From Camelus ferus (lineage: Eukaryota), in assembly GCF_009834535.1 (NCBI RefSeq), contig NC_045707.1, forward strand, positions 49,664,001 to 49,728,000: DNA of 64,000 bases. Direction: 5' to 3'. How positions within the stretch are numbered: position 1 is the stretch's first letter; each line of letters begins with the position of its first letter. Below are positions 38,311 through 51,437 of the stretch, piece by piece. The notes beneath the pieces were generated by a model. The model did not search any database and was not told where the DNA came from. It saw nothing but the letters and a program-made list of their open reading frames with translations. Position numbers and translations under genes: made by a program.

Positions 38311-40713
38311 GCGCCTTTAATTGGAATTGAAATCATGGTGGTGACGATTAGGATGATCCTGAGTAATTTAGTTAGAAGTATATGTGGTTAAAACCGATGG
38401 TATACTTGTTAACTATAAAATGAGAATTCAGTCTGTGTCCAGGGTCTATTTTTCCATCGTCTCCATGAATGAGAAGAGGAAACTGGGACTCCACTATTTC
38501 ATTACAATACCCATCCCAGAGCACTCTTATGTAGAATTTGGGAGGGAAAAGCAGAATACCTTTCACCTCTCAGAAAACAAATAACGGTCAGGACTTACGC
38601 TTTAACTTACAGAGGCCAATGTATTTCTTAGTCTGTATGAAGCAGTTGCCCTCTGGGTTCCCTGTCTGTCTCAGGCAACTACTAAAGAACTCTGACATGT
38701 CAGATCCTGTCCTACAGGTGTTTGTGCCTTTTAGCAAAATACCAGCAGTCCTTCGCCCTCCAGCAGGCCCCTTCAGTCTGAGTGTCGAGAGACAAAGTTG
38801 AGGTCCACACACTCTGATCCCCCAGTCTTGGTAGACCCCACACCTCTGGCCCACACACATGGCAGCCCGTCCTCATGTTGGTTCCTAAAGGATGCTTCAA
38901 GGAACCTGTCCAGGTTTTTCCTCACGCTTAAGAATCTTGGTCCAGGGTGAGAATAAGAGTTGCTCCCACATTTCTAATGTCAGTAATGACAGATTGCTGG
39001 TTTCCTAACAATTTCCTATTGACTGAAGGTTGACAGTCAGCTCAACCATGAATATAAACTCTGACCCCTAAGGTCAGGACTAAAATGAAATAAGCATATA
39101 GAGTCATAGCTAAATAGGGTTTTAGATATAGGAAAATTCCAATGACAGCTAAGGCGGGACTCTGATTAGAATCTGAATGCAAGTCTGTGGTCTGTTCATC
39201 TCAGAAGCTCGTCCGCCCGTGGAGCACAGAGCATATCATAGTAGGATCATACCGTACAGCTACTTGATGGTACCAGGGCTTCCATTTGCCATTGATTTCT
39301 TGGTATAAAATGACTTGCTAAAGGTCACTCAGTTAGTTTCTAAACTAGATTTATATTACGGGCCTTTTGATTCTTAATCCAGTGATCTTTCTAGTGCTTA
39401 TTGTTGCTCCCTACTTTCCCACGTGGTTTGACTGAAGGTTAACATTTTAAAAATCTCCCACCATTTGCACCAGTTTGCATCCAGGAATCTTTGCAAGCTC
39501 TGCTTCCCAGTCCTGAACACTCATGTCTCTCTGTTGTCATCCCCTCATAACTGGTTGCATTCTTGCTCTCTGCCTGCTTGCTTCGGCCTGACACCTCACA
39601 CCTCCCTTTATTGCCTGCGCTTTATGCCCCTAGTACGTCAGCGCCAGTACTCTTGGCTCAATGCCCTGCACCAAAGGCCAGCATCCTTAGTTGAGATATG
39701 GCCTTTCACTTCTAAGTAGGCACAGAAATAGCCTCACAAACTTTCTAGGCTGTTCCTTCTCTCAGAATTTAATTGCTTTGTCATAGTGTAGACATAGAGT
39801 CCTAAAATTCAACACCAGCCTGAATGGTTCTGGTCCAGTTCTTGGCCATGTACCTAATGCCTGCATCCCACAGTGAACTCTGCAAATTTCCACTAGGGTT
39901 GATACCATGTCTATTGTCTCCTGACCTTGACTCAGTTCTGACGCCTGCTACTTCCTTGGCAACCTGTCGTCTCCAGAAGGGGCATGGCAATCAAAGAGCC
40001 CAAAAGCAGCTGGCACCTGACCCAGGCTCTTGGCAAATGCAGTTTTCTACTGGCCCATCAAACTGGTGAGCAACAGAACCATCTTGGGAGGAGCGTGAGG
40101 TGGCATTCACAAATGTGAATGTGAGTAATACAAGTTTGTCAGGCCTTATGCTTCTGAAAAACAGCTTTTTGTGGCAGAATTAGATAAACGTTTATTTCAA
40201 ACTTGCACAACTCAGCATTATGCCGTACAAGTCTTCATGCTTTTAATTTCCTGCTAAATTTCATGATTCAAAAAAACCAACAGATGCCAACAACTATATT
40301 TATGTAAAAGAGCTTCTAATCCAATATGAAAATAATAAAAGAATGAAGACCTATTTGGGAACTCAAAAAAATCTGGGCAGAATCTTGAAGTCCAAGAGCT
40401 CCCCTTTTGGGGGTTCCAGCATGTTACACAGATGAGATGCTACTGACGCAGCCCTCCCCGACACAGGCAGCTCTTCCCAACACCAGTCATTGTCTTCGCA
40501 ACATTCGGCTTCATCCCTTTTCCAGCAATTTAAGTATGCGTGGTGCTTTTTTCATCATGGCCCCAACTTTGATTTTTATCTTCTCTAAACAATTACATTT
40601 TTAAGAAAAAAAATATTTCAAAAACATAGATATCCCCCAGCAAGCCACTGGCATTTATCTTACAAATAAGTGCTATTGGACTCAAAGCAAACTTTAGAAA
40701 GAGTGTTAATGTC

Positions 40714-41120
40714 TGTATGGGTTTTGATACATAACAAACCACTTCAAAATGTAGCGTTTAGAACAACTGCAGTCACCATTTTATCCCTGAAGACTCTGTG
40801 AGTTAACTGGGCTCAGCTCGGCAGCTCCTCTGCTGCGTGTGCCGTCAGCTGGGGCTGCACTGCTCCGGCGGCCAGCCTGGACTAGCATCCAGGGTGGCTC
40901 ACTCGCACGTTGCTGGAAGCTCGGCTGGGGGCTGTTGACTGAGCACCTGAGTTCCCCTCCACATGGTCTGTCCGTGCTGCTTGGGCTTCTCACAGGTTTC
41001 CAAGAAGTGTCGTTACACAACATCACTTCTACTACATTCTGTTACCAAAATTCATCAGAATCAACTCAGTTCAAGGAGAAAGGAAAGAGACTGTCTCTTC
41101 ATGAGCCATCACGCTATTCA
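40714..41120 (-). mobile_element. MLT1 solo LTR (MLT1F/G/H-like)
   Basis: ATAACAAACCACTTCAAAATGTAGCGTTTAGAACAAC, TGGGCTCAGCTCGGCAGCTC, GCTTGGGCTTCTCACAG and CATCACTTCTACTACATTCTGTT. Confidence 0.85.
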
Positions 41121-44100
41121 AATCCATCATATCTATGGAGGAAAAACAAACCAGAGTTTTATTGTTGGGGACTAATTCCATTGCTGTCTATAAAGAATCG
41201 TCCCCCAGTAGACTCAGTCCCAACAGGGACCAGAGGAACTGACTCACTGCTTTTGGATCTTCTTCAAGGCAAGAGTGAGAACTTTTCAGATTATTTAGGT
41301 TGGAATCTGACTTCAAGAGGGTCTAGAGCCCCTTGGGGCTATTTAAAAGATCAGGGAGTTATGTAGGTTTCAAAATCCCTATGGTTTATAACCCTCTGGG
41401 GAATTTACTTTGAAGTATGTAAATGTCAAAGCAACCCAAATGATTTTCCAACAGATTCTACCAAATGAAAGCATACTGAGCCACTTAGGTATAATTGTTA
41501 AGAAGGAGAGGACCACACTGATTTTTCTGTCAAATAGTTAAATTTAAATATGGTTTCTAAAATCACAACTCATTTGTATTGTTGTTATATTCTGTTAGAA
41601 TATAAGACTAGAGAGGAAAGGGCTGAGGACTCAGTTCCCGAGAGAGAAGTCAAACTTTGCTTTCACCACACCGCTAAGCCAAACTGGCCATGTTGTAAAC
41701 CTGCACCTTGATTCATCAGTGGACCAAAAGAGGGGGCAGATCAGTGTTACTCCTTCCTTGACCCTGAGGACACCTCAAACCACAGGGCCTTCTCTTGAAT
41801 GCTGCATAACTTTTTCCCACTTCTGTTTATCCCAGCCTTCCTCCCTCATGAAAAGTCAGGAAAGAAACTAGTTGTTACTGAGCTCTTGCTATGTGTCACC
41901 CACTGTGCTAGGACTTTTTTTCCTTTTCTTTTCTGTTAAACCAACAGCGTGTCATTCAACCATTACCGTGCAGGGTTTTGCGCACTACCAGCATTTAATA
42001 AATAGTTCTCATTTGACTTGCTGAGATAAGTTATGAGGCTGGTGACCAACTGTGGCATTAGCAATGTTTCACTGGGTGAAAAATCTCACACATTTTTAAG
42101 GACAGCCTCCCTTGGTTCTCAAGTATAGAAGCTGAATACCCTTGCCAGGCATAGAAATATATTGTTTTTGGCTCATATACCTCAGTATATGATATTAAAT
42201 TTGCAAAATGTGGTAGTAAAACTCTGAAGAAATAGAAGAAATTTTCGTAATTATACTTTAACCTATGTAAGATGTTCTATCATGAAATATCTGTACAAAA
42301 TGCCGTTTGACCATAATTTGGAGATGTTGCTTATTGCAAGCATTTTACAAGCTAATTTTGGACGAATCTACTACTTTAGCAAATTTGCAGTTCTCAAAAA
42401 TAGGAATTCTATCCAGAATGGAATGGCAATTTTCCCTGAGGGTGTGAATGATCATTCTCATTCTGTTGAAATATTTCAATATGCTGAATTTAATCAGAGT
42501 GGTTTTAATTGTCCCCTTCCTCTGCCCCCATTTCCAGTTCTGCCTTCACCCTTAACTTCCAGATTGTCTTTAGCAGAGCTTAATATCCACACATTTTTCT
42601 TTCTTCATTTACTGCCGATTTAGTCTACTCTTGAGTTCCTAAGAAGTTGAGAAAGATTTTCAGATTAGAATAAATGTGAAATTTATTCTAATCTGAAAAT
42701 CAAAGGCGTTTTAATGACAGGACAACTTACCTGGCCTTTAGAAAATGAGATCGCACTAAAGAAATCTATTGATCAAGAAGGCAGAATGAAAAGTGTTCAA
42801 AGGGTCGTTATCACCATATCAAGGATGTAAGTCAAGACAGCATGTGAAGGGAGGAGAGTAAAGATGGAGCAAGCATCAGACCACAGAAAGACTTGTTAGA
42901 GGCTACCATGAACATAAGAAGTTTGAATCTAATCTTATCTTATTTAAAACATCAACATCGTTTGCTTACTTTAATCAACATTTTCTTCAAAAAAATTCTA
43001 TTGTCTTGTGTTTAACAATATCCTGTCCTCTAATTAATACAGATTCTACTTGGTTGGTTTACTATGTATTATATTCCTAGATGATTGCCATATGCATGGT
43101 GATATTTAATGTATCTCAAATATACAGATATTTTCTAAACAAAAATACTCCACATTGTGTGTACAATATTTGAAAGGTTTGATTGAGGATTCAGTCTCCT
43201 TTAATGGGCTATCAGCTTTTAATTCAGTATTCTAGCTACTGCAGAAAAAGCTGCCCAGCTACTCACTATTTCTGTTCTGTGTCTACACAAGGTACTGAAT
43301 GTCATATCCTGTACCAAGTTGGAGCCATCAAATACTGTGACTGAATCCCTGTTCAAAGTTGTTCTGTCTCCCAGAATCTGACCTCTCTTATCATATGCTG
43401 ACACTGGTACTGGTACCTTATCACGGCTACCTGACTCCTGGTGTTCAGTCAGTAAACTTTCCTAGTCTCTTTGAAGAAAGATGTACTCTGAACCGAGTCT
43501 ATACATACCATCTATGTGAGTCTAGTAACTTTGCGATGGCGTGTTATAATACAATATCTTGGAATGGTGAATCAAGGTTCAGAGTAGTGCTTTTAGAATA
43601 AATATTTTCAGTTCTTCAAGTTGAATCTTGTTTCTGAGCATTCACGTTCATAATGGAAATCATCTAAGAATTACTAGGAGCCTTGCAGACATCTCCAAAG
43701 TGATTACAACTCACTCCTTGAGGCCTCCTAAAAATAGGCACTCAGGTGCCAGGAGTAGATCATGCAGGCATTCTGTGATGACTCTCACCATGCCAAAGAA
43801 TGCCTACATTTGTCCTAAATCTATTTTTAGAAACCAATTGTCAAAACAGCCCACAATGTGTGAATCTGCCAGTGAACCCTATAAACAGATGTCATTTTAT
43901 TTTTCCATCTTAAGTCAAGTACCGTTTGCTCACTACCAAAGAGAAGGTTACACAGAAGTAATAAGAAACAGGCTAGCTTATCCTTAGTTTTGTGTTTAAA
44001 ACCCATCAACTTTTCGGGGCATCTCATTTACTACAGTCTTTGTATCACAGTGCCTCCACTTCTTTGTGGCAAATTTCTTGTCAAGATTTAAAAGCAGCCC

Positions 44101-45984
44101 TTGAGAAGATTAATGAGCTCAATCTATGAAAATGAGCCCATTGCCATGTTTTTATTCTCAGTTTTTCTCCAGTAGCTATCCCTATAACGTACAACAGAAC
44201 CCTGCAGACAGACTCTTCTACCCTCTTACCACCTGCCTTTGTGAACTTGCCACGCACGAACAATGTTTCATTTGTATGACAGGCTGCTTGGGAAAGGACG
44301 TGCCGTGTTATGAATGGCTGCCACGTTTCTTCTCAGCAGAGTTTCACTCTGTGTTAACAGCAGAGCAGCCCTCCTTTATCGATAAAGCCTAACAGGCACA
44401 TCATCAAAGAGTTAAGGTATCTGTGGTACATGCCATTAAGGCTGATCTCATTTTCAGTCAGCTGCCATACTCCACGGAGAAGATGGCATCCGAGGCCCGC
44501 TCACGGGTCCCGTGAAAGGCTCCCAGATGCAGCTCTGAAGAGGCTTTCTGACTGTCTCCCCGGGTCCCTAAGAAAGCAGTGTGAGATCATCTGTACAAGA
44601 TACCAGATTATGACCAAAAAACAAAAAAAAAAGATTATGTAAAAAAGTACTCCTCCCAATGTTTTCTAGCTTCTGATTAGAAATTATAAATAGAGAAAAT
44701 ATTTAAATGACCCCTATTTTCAAGAGTTAATTGACTCAGACTTCTATATCCTAGAAGAAAAAAATTTCTTGGTTATGTTCATGCACTGGAAGAGTTAATC
44801 CAAAAGACAATGTTTTCCTGAAATCTTACATATCATCAGTAGGGTAAAGATCAAATATCCTCTCATTCCCTCTCTTCTGTTGTATTCAGGATTGCGTGGG
44901 GGAAAAAAGTTTAATCTCCAGATAAAAGAGAATAGATAAGTATTCTGCAGCATAAAAATAAACTGCCTGTTAAGTATGATCTTTTAAGCAGTATAAAATT
45001 TATATAAGCTGGTATATGGGTTACATGTGGTTCAAAGATGGTCCTTCATTTTCCACCAATCTGGTTTTTAACCTGCTGTTCTGAGGCCATAAACTCTCAG
45101 AGGGAAGTCCTCTGTAATTTTATATGGAATTTGATGACTGAAAGGCCTGTGGCATGAATTACAGAGAGAGAGAGTTTTCTCAACTCCACAGCCCTATAGA
45201 GAGACTAAAGCTTGTTATGTGAATCTTGGACTAGTTCATTTTACAAAGCCATACAAGAGCATAAGCTTTGTTAACTCCTTCAGTTTCATTCTTTGGGTGA
45301 AACACTCTATACACATTCTAGAAATGTATATTAGATGCTACCGGATAGAGGGACAGGAAGGCTAAGTGTGCCCAGAACATTGGAAGGACGTATAGTGGAA
45401 AATCAGAAGTTAGATCAGCCTAGTTTTTCATGGGAACCATTCTTCAAGCTTTCCCAGGAAATAAAAGGCTTCTAGAGAGAAGAAACAATAGACCTGAACA
45501 GCAGGAGTGTTTGGGATGGAAGCCAGAGAGCAAGAGTCACTAACAGAGAGTGGTAATTTGGAATGAATTGCTGTTTTGTGTTGTGAAGCCCCAGGACACA
45601 GCTGGTGTACTGGCTAACCTGAGGATTTGTAGTGACTGCATTGAAATGGTAATGAAGTTTTTATTTTATGATTGCAGATGTTTGTGGATTATTGTTATTA
45701 AGCTTATTAGTGTAACAGTACAAATATGAGATTTTTATTTACTTGGTCTCTTATTTATGGGAGCTTTGTTAAAGCCTTTTTAACCGAAGTCAAGAAAAGA
45801 AAAGCCATGCAGTAACCAAAATGAGCTGAACCATCAGGCAGGTCTTACTGCGTGTGTGGGTGCTGGCTTAATTTGGGGCTCTCCTCCAGTGGGAGATAAA
45901 TCTCAGCATTCCCACTGTGGTTGCACCTTGGGTCATGTTGTCAAGTAATCTGCTCATTGGTAAAATGATCAACCATTATATTAA

Positions 45985-46200
45985 CAGCGGTCGCTCACTC
46001 ATTCTGGAGTTGGATTGCCTAGCCCATTCTGCCATTGAGAAGTGCATAACATTAGGCACTTAACCAACCTCCCCACTCCTCAGTTTCCTCCTCTGTAAAA
46101 TTCAGATTTAAAAATGCTGCCCCTTTTGTAATGTCATTTTGAGGATCAAATAAGACTATCTGAATAGAACACTTGTCAATTAATGTTAAGTGTTATCTAA
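45985..46200 (+). mobile_element. MIR
   Basis: CTCAGTTTCCTCCTCTGTAAAAT core; TTTGAGGATCAAATAAGA. Confidence 0.75.
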
Positions 46201-47479
46201 AAACTCTTTTGATGTGGAAGAATTATTAAGCATTTTCTTCAAAAGTTCTGAGACAACGAGTTCTGTTGGAAATTCTATTATCTTGCAGAGTGATTTGTTT
46301 GATCAAACAATTCAAAGAAGGTACACACGTGTATACTATGTGGATAACTAGTTTTCAAGCAATATGATAAGTAATATTCAGTTGTTAGCTTGCTGTTAGG
46401 CATAGTAAGATCTCTTTTAATGATTCAGAGACTGCTGAAGAATCTTGGAATTTCTCCAGATGCTGATTTATCAGTGAATATCAAGTACTGTCATGGAGTG
46501 GATTGATCAGTGTTTGTGATTCCAGTTATAAAAATTACACATGATTTTGCCTTCAGTATAGTTCTCTCCCTAGCCAGCCATAAAGACACAGTTAATATGT
46601 ACTAAGAGAAATGATCTTCTCTAGGAAAATCAATTTCTAACTTGATGGAATAATTTCCTTAGGTTAGAAAAATCAAAATCCCTCAAAATATCCCATGTAT
46701 AAAAATAGAGTCATTACCATTATGCATTTCAAAATTAAAATGATTACTAGTTGACCAATTAAAGAGAAGCCTCTTTCATATTGACTCCTCAGCAGTTCCT
46801 GCCAGTGTTGTGATGTGGTGTTGATGATTTAGAGCCAATTTGGGGCACTAATGAAGAATCCTGTGATTCTCCAGTCGATGATATCTGGAGTCTAGTCCTA
46901 GATTTACAGTAAAGTTGACAACTAATAAAACTTTTCAAATGGGTATGTCTTCTGTAGTTTTTTAAGAGAGTACAATTAAATAGATTCATGGTTGGAGATA
47001 ATAGAGTAATATAAGAGTATATCAAGCTTAAGATTTTTTTTGAAGGTTTCACGTTAAATTCTGTATGTCGTATGTAGTTTATAAAATCGTATGATCCCCT
47101 TAGTGTGTTGATAACCTACTTCCTTAAGCTGAAGCAGTTCTTAATGACTTTGGAAGCAGTTAGAAAGCACTGTGTAAATTAGTAAGCACTAATCTGGGGT
47201 GTGGAAATGTCAGGGAATTGGGAAGCAAACTGAGTTCTCCAACACATCAACCCTTCTGCGGGACATCTTCCATTAGGCAGTTTCATATCTTAAACCAGCA
47301 TGCACCAGTACCACAGGTTGTCATCAAGATTTTTATATAAAAACAAGGTCTTCAGAAATTACATTTCATGACTCATCATTATAAATTAATTGCTAATGGT
47401 TTAAATACTTCTATATTCAAAACCAATTCACTTAAATAAGTGCTCTTCTCTAGTGGAGATTTTTCCCAAGTAGAATCTG

Positions 47480-47737
47480 TAATTATAAGGACAATGTAAG
47501 CCTGGAGCTGCCGGGGACCATCCAAGAGAGAAAGACTTCACGAGAACAAAGCGAACCCAGAGGGAAGCTGAGCCAAGAGGTGGAAATAGGCAGACGCTGG
47601 TGACATCGTCTGCGGCCTCCTGATTCAGCCATGCCTAAGCCTCTCGGTTCTGTGAGCCTCTGAGCCCGCTTCATAGGGCTTATGCCTGTTGAAGCTGGAT
47701 CTTTGTCACTTAAAAACCAAGCGAATCCTGACTCACA
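47480..47737 (+). mobile_element. MLT1 LTR 3' fragment (MLT1I/J-like)
   Basis: TGTAAGCCTGGAGCTGCC, CTGATTCAGCCATGCCTAAG and TTTGTCACTTAAAAACCAAGCGAATCCTGACTCACACA. Confidence 0.75.
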
Positions 47738-48465
47738 CAGGCAATGTGGTCAGAAATTTTCAGGAAGGGCTTCCAACTATACCTGCTTCTTGCAGATTCT
47801 CAGTGTGCACTGATTTATTAAAAGATCTGAGAAAACCCACTGAAAGACATTTGTTTATCTTTGTTGACCCTCTGTTCCCCAGACTTGGCTGATGGCAGAG
47901 CCTCTTTGTACCTGACACCTACGAACATCAACTCCACTGAGCACATTTTGGGATATGATGCTCTTCCAAGGCCAGCAGGAAAGAGGGTTGTTGAAAATGA
48001 GTGGGGACAACTGTGTTTGACCTCAGCAGGACTCCAGAGACTCACTGGAACGGGAGCCATTAAGTGAAGTAGTCTCTTACTGATGAGCAAGTCTAAGTGG
48101 GTAGGGGTCTCCTCTGCACCCCACCCTCAATTCCCTGCAGCACCAGGGCAGTGACAGTGGAGACCTCCATCATCTCTTTAGATGGCAAATTATGAGATGC
48201 TCACTGTCACTGCTGGTTCTTCCTCTGCCATGCTCCCATGTTTTGGGAGTTTTTCCTGGCTTCATTCCCTTCCACATGGATCTCCACTACCTGCAAAATG
48301 AAGTCATGTCAGGCCACTAGGAGCTTCTTTATTTGTTGTGGCAGGGACCTCATCTTCCCGGCTCCCATCAGATTTCCCAACTCCACGCTTGCAAGCTTCA
48401 GCTTCTGAATAAGTCTCAGCACCCTTCACTTCTGTGGATATTGGCCATCTTTTCCACAACCCCAC

Positions 48466-48781
48466 TCAGGTCTGAAGACCTGCAAAACAGATGATCTGAT
48501 GGTATAAGTTCCAGTCCAAGTATAGGAGAAAAACCAATGTCTCAGCTTGAAGAGAAAGAGAGAGTTCTCCCTTCCCCTGCCTCTTGTTCTACTCAGGTCT
48601 CCAGGGGCTGGACAATGCCCACCCACCCACATGGAGGAGCATGGTCTTGTGCTGCTCAGTCTGCTGCCTCAAATGTTAACCCCATCCAGAAACACCCTCA
48701 CAGACATACCTAGAAGAATGTTTAACAGGATATCTGAGAACCCCATGTCCCAGCGAAGCTGACACATAAAATTAGCCATCA
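48466..48781 (-). mobile_element. MLT2 (ERVL) LTR, partial
   Basis: CCAGAAACACCCTCACAGACATACCTAGAAGAATGTTTAAC ... GCTGACACATAAAATTAGCCATCA. Confidence 0.88.
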
Positions 48782-48904
48782 AAATAACAAAATCATATGT
48801 GCTTCTGTTTCACTGAGTCCCGAGAATTTGTGCGAGAGGCATGAGCTCTTTGAAAGTTCACAGTGCCCTCTTGTCATCATGGCCTTTGATATCACCTCTT
48901 AGTT

Positions 48905-49092
48905 CAGTGATTCCCAGCCTTGCTTGACATCAAAATCTACAGCATTATAAAAATATGGATTTGGGGGCTCCCATTACAACCTTCTGGGTCAGAATCCAAG
49001 TTTGGGGCCCATCTTATATCAGAATATGAGCTTTTGGCCCAGGCCCATTTCCGAGAGATTTTAATAATCAACCTCACTAGGGAATAACTGCT
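48905..49092. mobile_element. MER5-type hAT MITE, decayed
   Basis: CAGTGATTCCCAGCCTTGCTTGACATCAAAATC ... GGGAATAACTG. Confidence 0.55.
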
Positions 49093-49204
49093 TTAACTAT
49101 GTTATAAAGTACAGGGTCACTGGATGCAGTGACCCTCCAAAAGCCAGAACAAGGATATAAGCAATTTCTAATGATTTAAGTCTCTCCATCTAATCTGGAA
49201 GACT

Positions 49205-49430
49205 GAACCATTTGCTGAATTACCAGTATATGGCAAGAATTAGATTATGTATTTTCAGGTACATTATTTCATTTTAATCCTCTAGTCAGCTCTGTGACTA
49301 ACATGGGTCTATTTTATAGATGAGAAACCTGAGCCTTTGTGGAGTTAAGTAATTTTCTGAAGAGATTTATTAATGAAAGAGCTGTAAACTGCAATCGTTT
49401 GATTCTAAACACCATAGTTTTCTCAGCACA
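49205..49430 (-). mobile_element. MIR
   Basis: CATTATTTCATTTTAATCCTC ... TATTTTATAGATGAGAAACCTGAG ... GAGTTAAGTAATTT. Confidence 0.75.
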
Positions 49431-50394
49431 TCACACTGTGTGGTTAGTTTAGGAATTCCAGATGACCCCAGATTAGAATGAATTAAAGATTCAGAAAAGA
49501 TATGCATCTGTGCTTGGTAATTGGTCAATAATAGGTTCAACTAGTTGACTAAGCATGGAGAGAAGCAGGAGATACGGCTGCTTTCCACTCCATTAGGAAA
49601 ACTTATAGCACCCTGGACAGAAATGTTCAAAAACATGATCATACTCAACAGGGGTATCAGACACTTTTATGAAATTTGCAATGTCCCCGTCCCACATCCA
49701 TATTCAACATAATGGATGACTCTTAAATAAAAATGATACAGTATTTACATACTCCTTATATTTTTCAAGGAAGAGACTCTTCAGTAATTTCTTGTTTGTT
49801 CATTTTCATCTTGAGAGTGAAAATAAGAATACTAGACATTTGCATAATCTAATCTTGAGAAGAACTCTTCAGGAATTCCCTATTCAATTTATTTTATCTT
49901 TGATAAAAAGTGAAACAGTGTTAAGTGTTTTAATAAGCTGTTCTGAAAGGTATCATACTTCTCCCATTCTGAGTGACACAGACAATAAGTATTTGGCTGG
50001 TACACAAGTATAGTCCTGAAGATTATTCTTTTTTCAGAGTTGTATACAGTTCATCCTTCGGTTTTCAATAAACTTGCTGCTTGATTGAGGAGTAGAAAGA
50101 CTTTTAAAAGTGGGAAGCATTCAACTGGTTGTCATAGAACCTGTGTTCTGCTTTTATTCCTTGTCTTTTTTTCTTAAAAATCTCCTATTTGCTAATAATA
50201 GCGATATTAGCAACACAGAAGTGGAGGTTTGGAAAGCTAAGAGTACATAAGGTGCACGTGAGAAAAGTATTGCTAAATTGCACACAGTATGAGTATGATA
50301 CTGAGTCAAAATTAGTATAACAGAACTGATCAAAAATTCACTACATCCTCTAGAACCTGGAGAATCTGGAGGATAGGGCTACTAATTAATAGGT

Positions 50395-51030
50395 GAAAAA
50401 CCAACTTACCATATGATCCAGCAACCCTACCCCTCAGCAGATATCCAGAGGGAACTCTAATTCTAAAAGATGCATGCACCTCAGTGTTCATAGCAGCACT
50501 ATTTACAATAGCCAAGACATGGAAACAACCTAAATGTCCATCAACAGATGACTGGATAAAGAAGTTGTGGTATATTTATACAATGGAATACTACTCAGCC
50601 ATAAAAAATAGTAAAGTAATGCCATTTGCAGCAACGTGGATGGACCTGGAGATATCATTCTAAGTGAATAAGCTAGAAAGAGAAAGGAAAATACTGTATG
50701 ATTTCACTCGTATGTGGAATCAAGGGGAAAAAAAGGAGGAGGAGGAGAGGGAGAAGAAGGAGAAGAAGAAGACACAAATGAACTTTTTACAAAACAGAAA
50801 CAGACTTACAGGCATAGAAAACAAACATAGTTACCGTTGGGGAAATGGGGTGGGAAGGGATAAATTGGGAGTTTGAGATTTGGAGATACAAACTACTATA
50901 TATAAAATAATTGAACAAGTTTTTTTCTGTATAGCACAGGGAACTACATTCAATATCTTGAATATTGAAGTAACCTATAATGAAAAAGAATATGAAAACA
51001 AAAAAAAATTCATAAAAAATTTAAAAAAAT
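50395..51030 (+). mobile_element. 5'-truncated L1 (ORF2 C-terminal remnant plus 3' UTR), cetartiodactyl-type
   Basis: TTACCATATGATCCAGCAA, GTTCATAGCAGCACTATTTACAATAGCCAAGACATGGAAACAACCTAAATGTCCATC, GGGATAAATTGGGAGTTTGAGATTT, followed by an A-rich tail. Confidence 0.93.
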
Positions 51031-51341
51031 AAATGTATTCTTGTGGCAACATCCATCTGAATGATTTTACTAATCCTGCAATTTATGGGTTGTAGTGAAA
51101 TGTCCAACAATGATTAGCATTTTCCTAGGCTCAATAAAAATTCTGATTTGAAGTATCAGTAAGGACACAAGTCTTAGTCAATAGTGGCAGTTCTTAATGG
51201 ACACTCTTTGTTGGATCCTGGGTAGTTATTTAACGTGCAAGCATCCTGGCAGATGTTGCAGTAAAGTTCTGTTTCTAAACAAGGATTCAGCATTGTTGAT
51301 CCTTGGCTTTATCTCTTCTAATCCAAGAACAAAATTACTAT

Positions 51342-51437
51342 CTTTCTTCCCTCTTTCTCCTCTTCCTCCCCTTCCTTCTCTCTCTCCCTTCTCTCCTTCT
51401 CCCGCTCCATCTCTCACACCCTTCCTTCTTTCATTCC
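51342..51437. repeat. CT-rich low-complexity tract
   Basis: About 95 bp of almost exclusively C/T. Confidence 0.85.

Noticed and set aside
40839..41366. Longest ORF in the track (175 aa)
   Set aside because: GTG start, the first half lies in an antisense MLT1 LTR, and it has no recognisable domain or splice context
42725..42735. ACTTACCTGGC resembling the U1 snRNA 5' end, equivalently a consensus minus-strand donor
   Set aside because: Only 11 nt match with no further U1 sequence; no convincing upstream exon
42721..42826. Possible 106-nt plus-strand exon (open frame QLTWPLENEIALKKSIDQEGRMKSVQRVVITISR, donor GAT/GTAAGT)
   Set aside because: Weak acceptor with no good pyrimidine tract, unrecognised peptide, and no partner exons found
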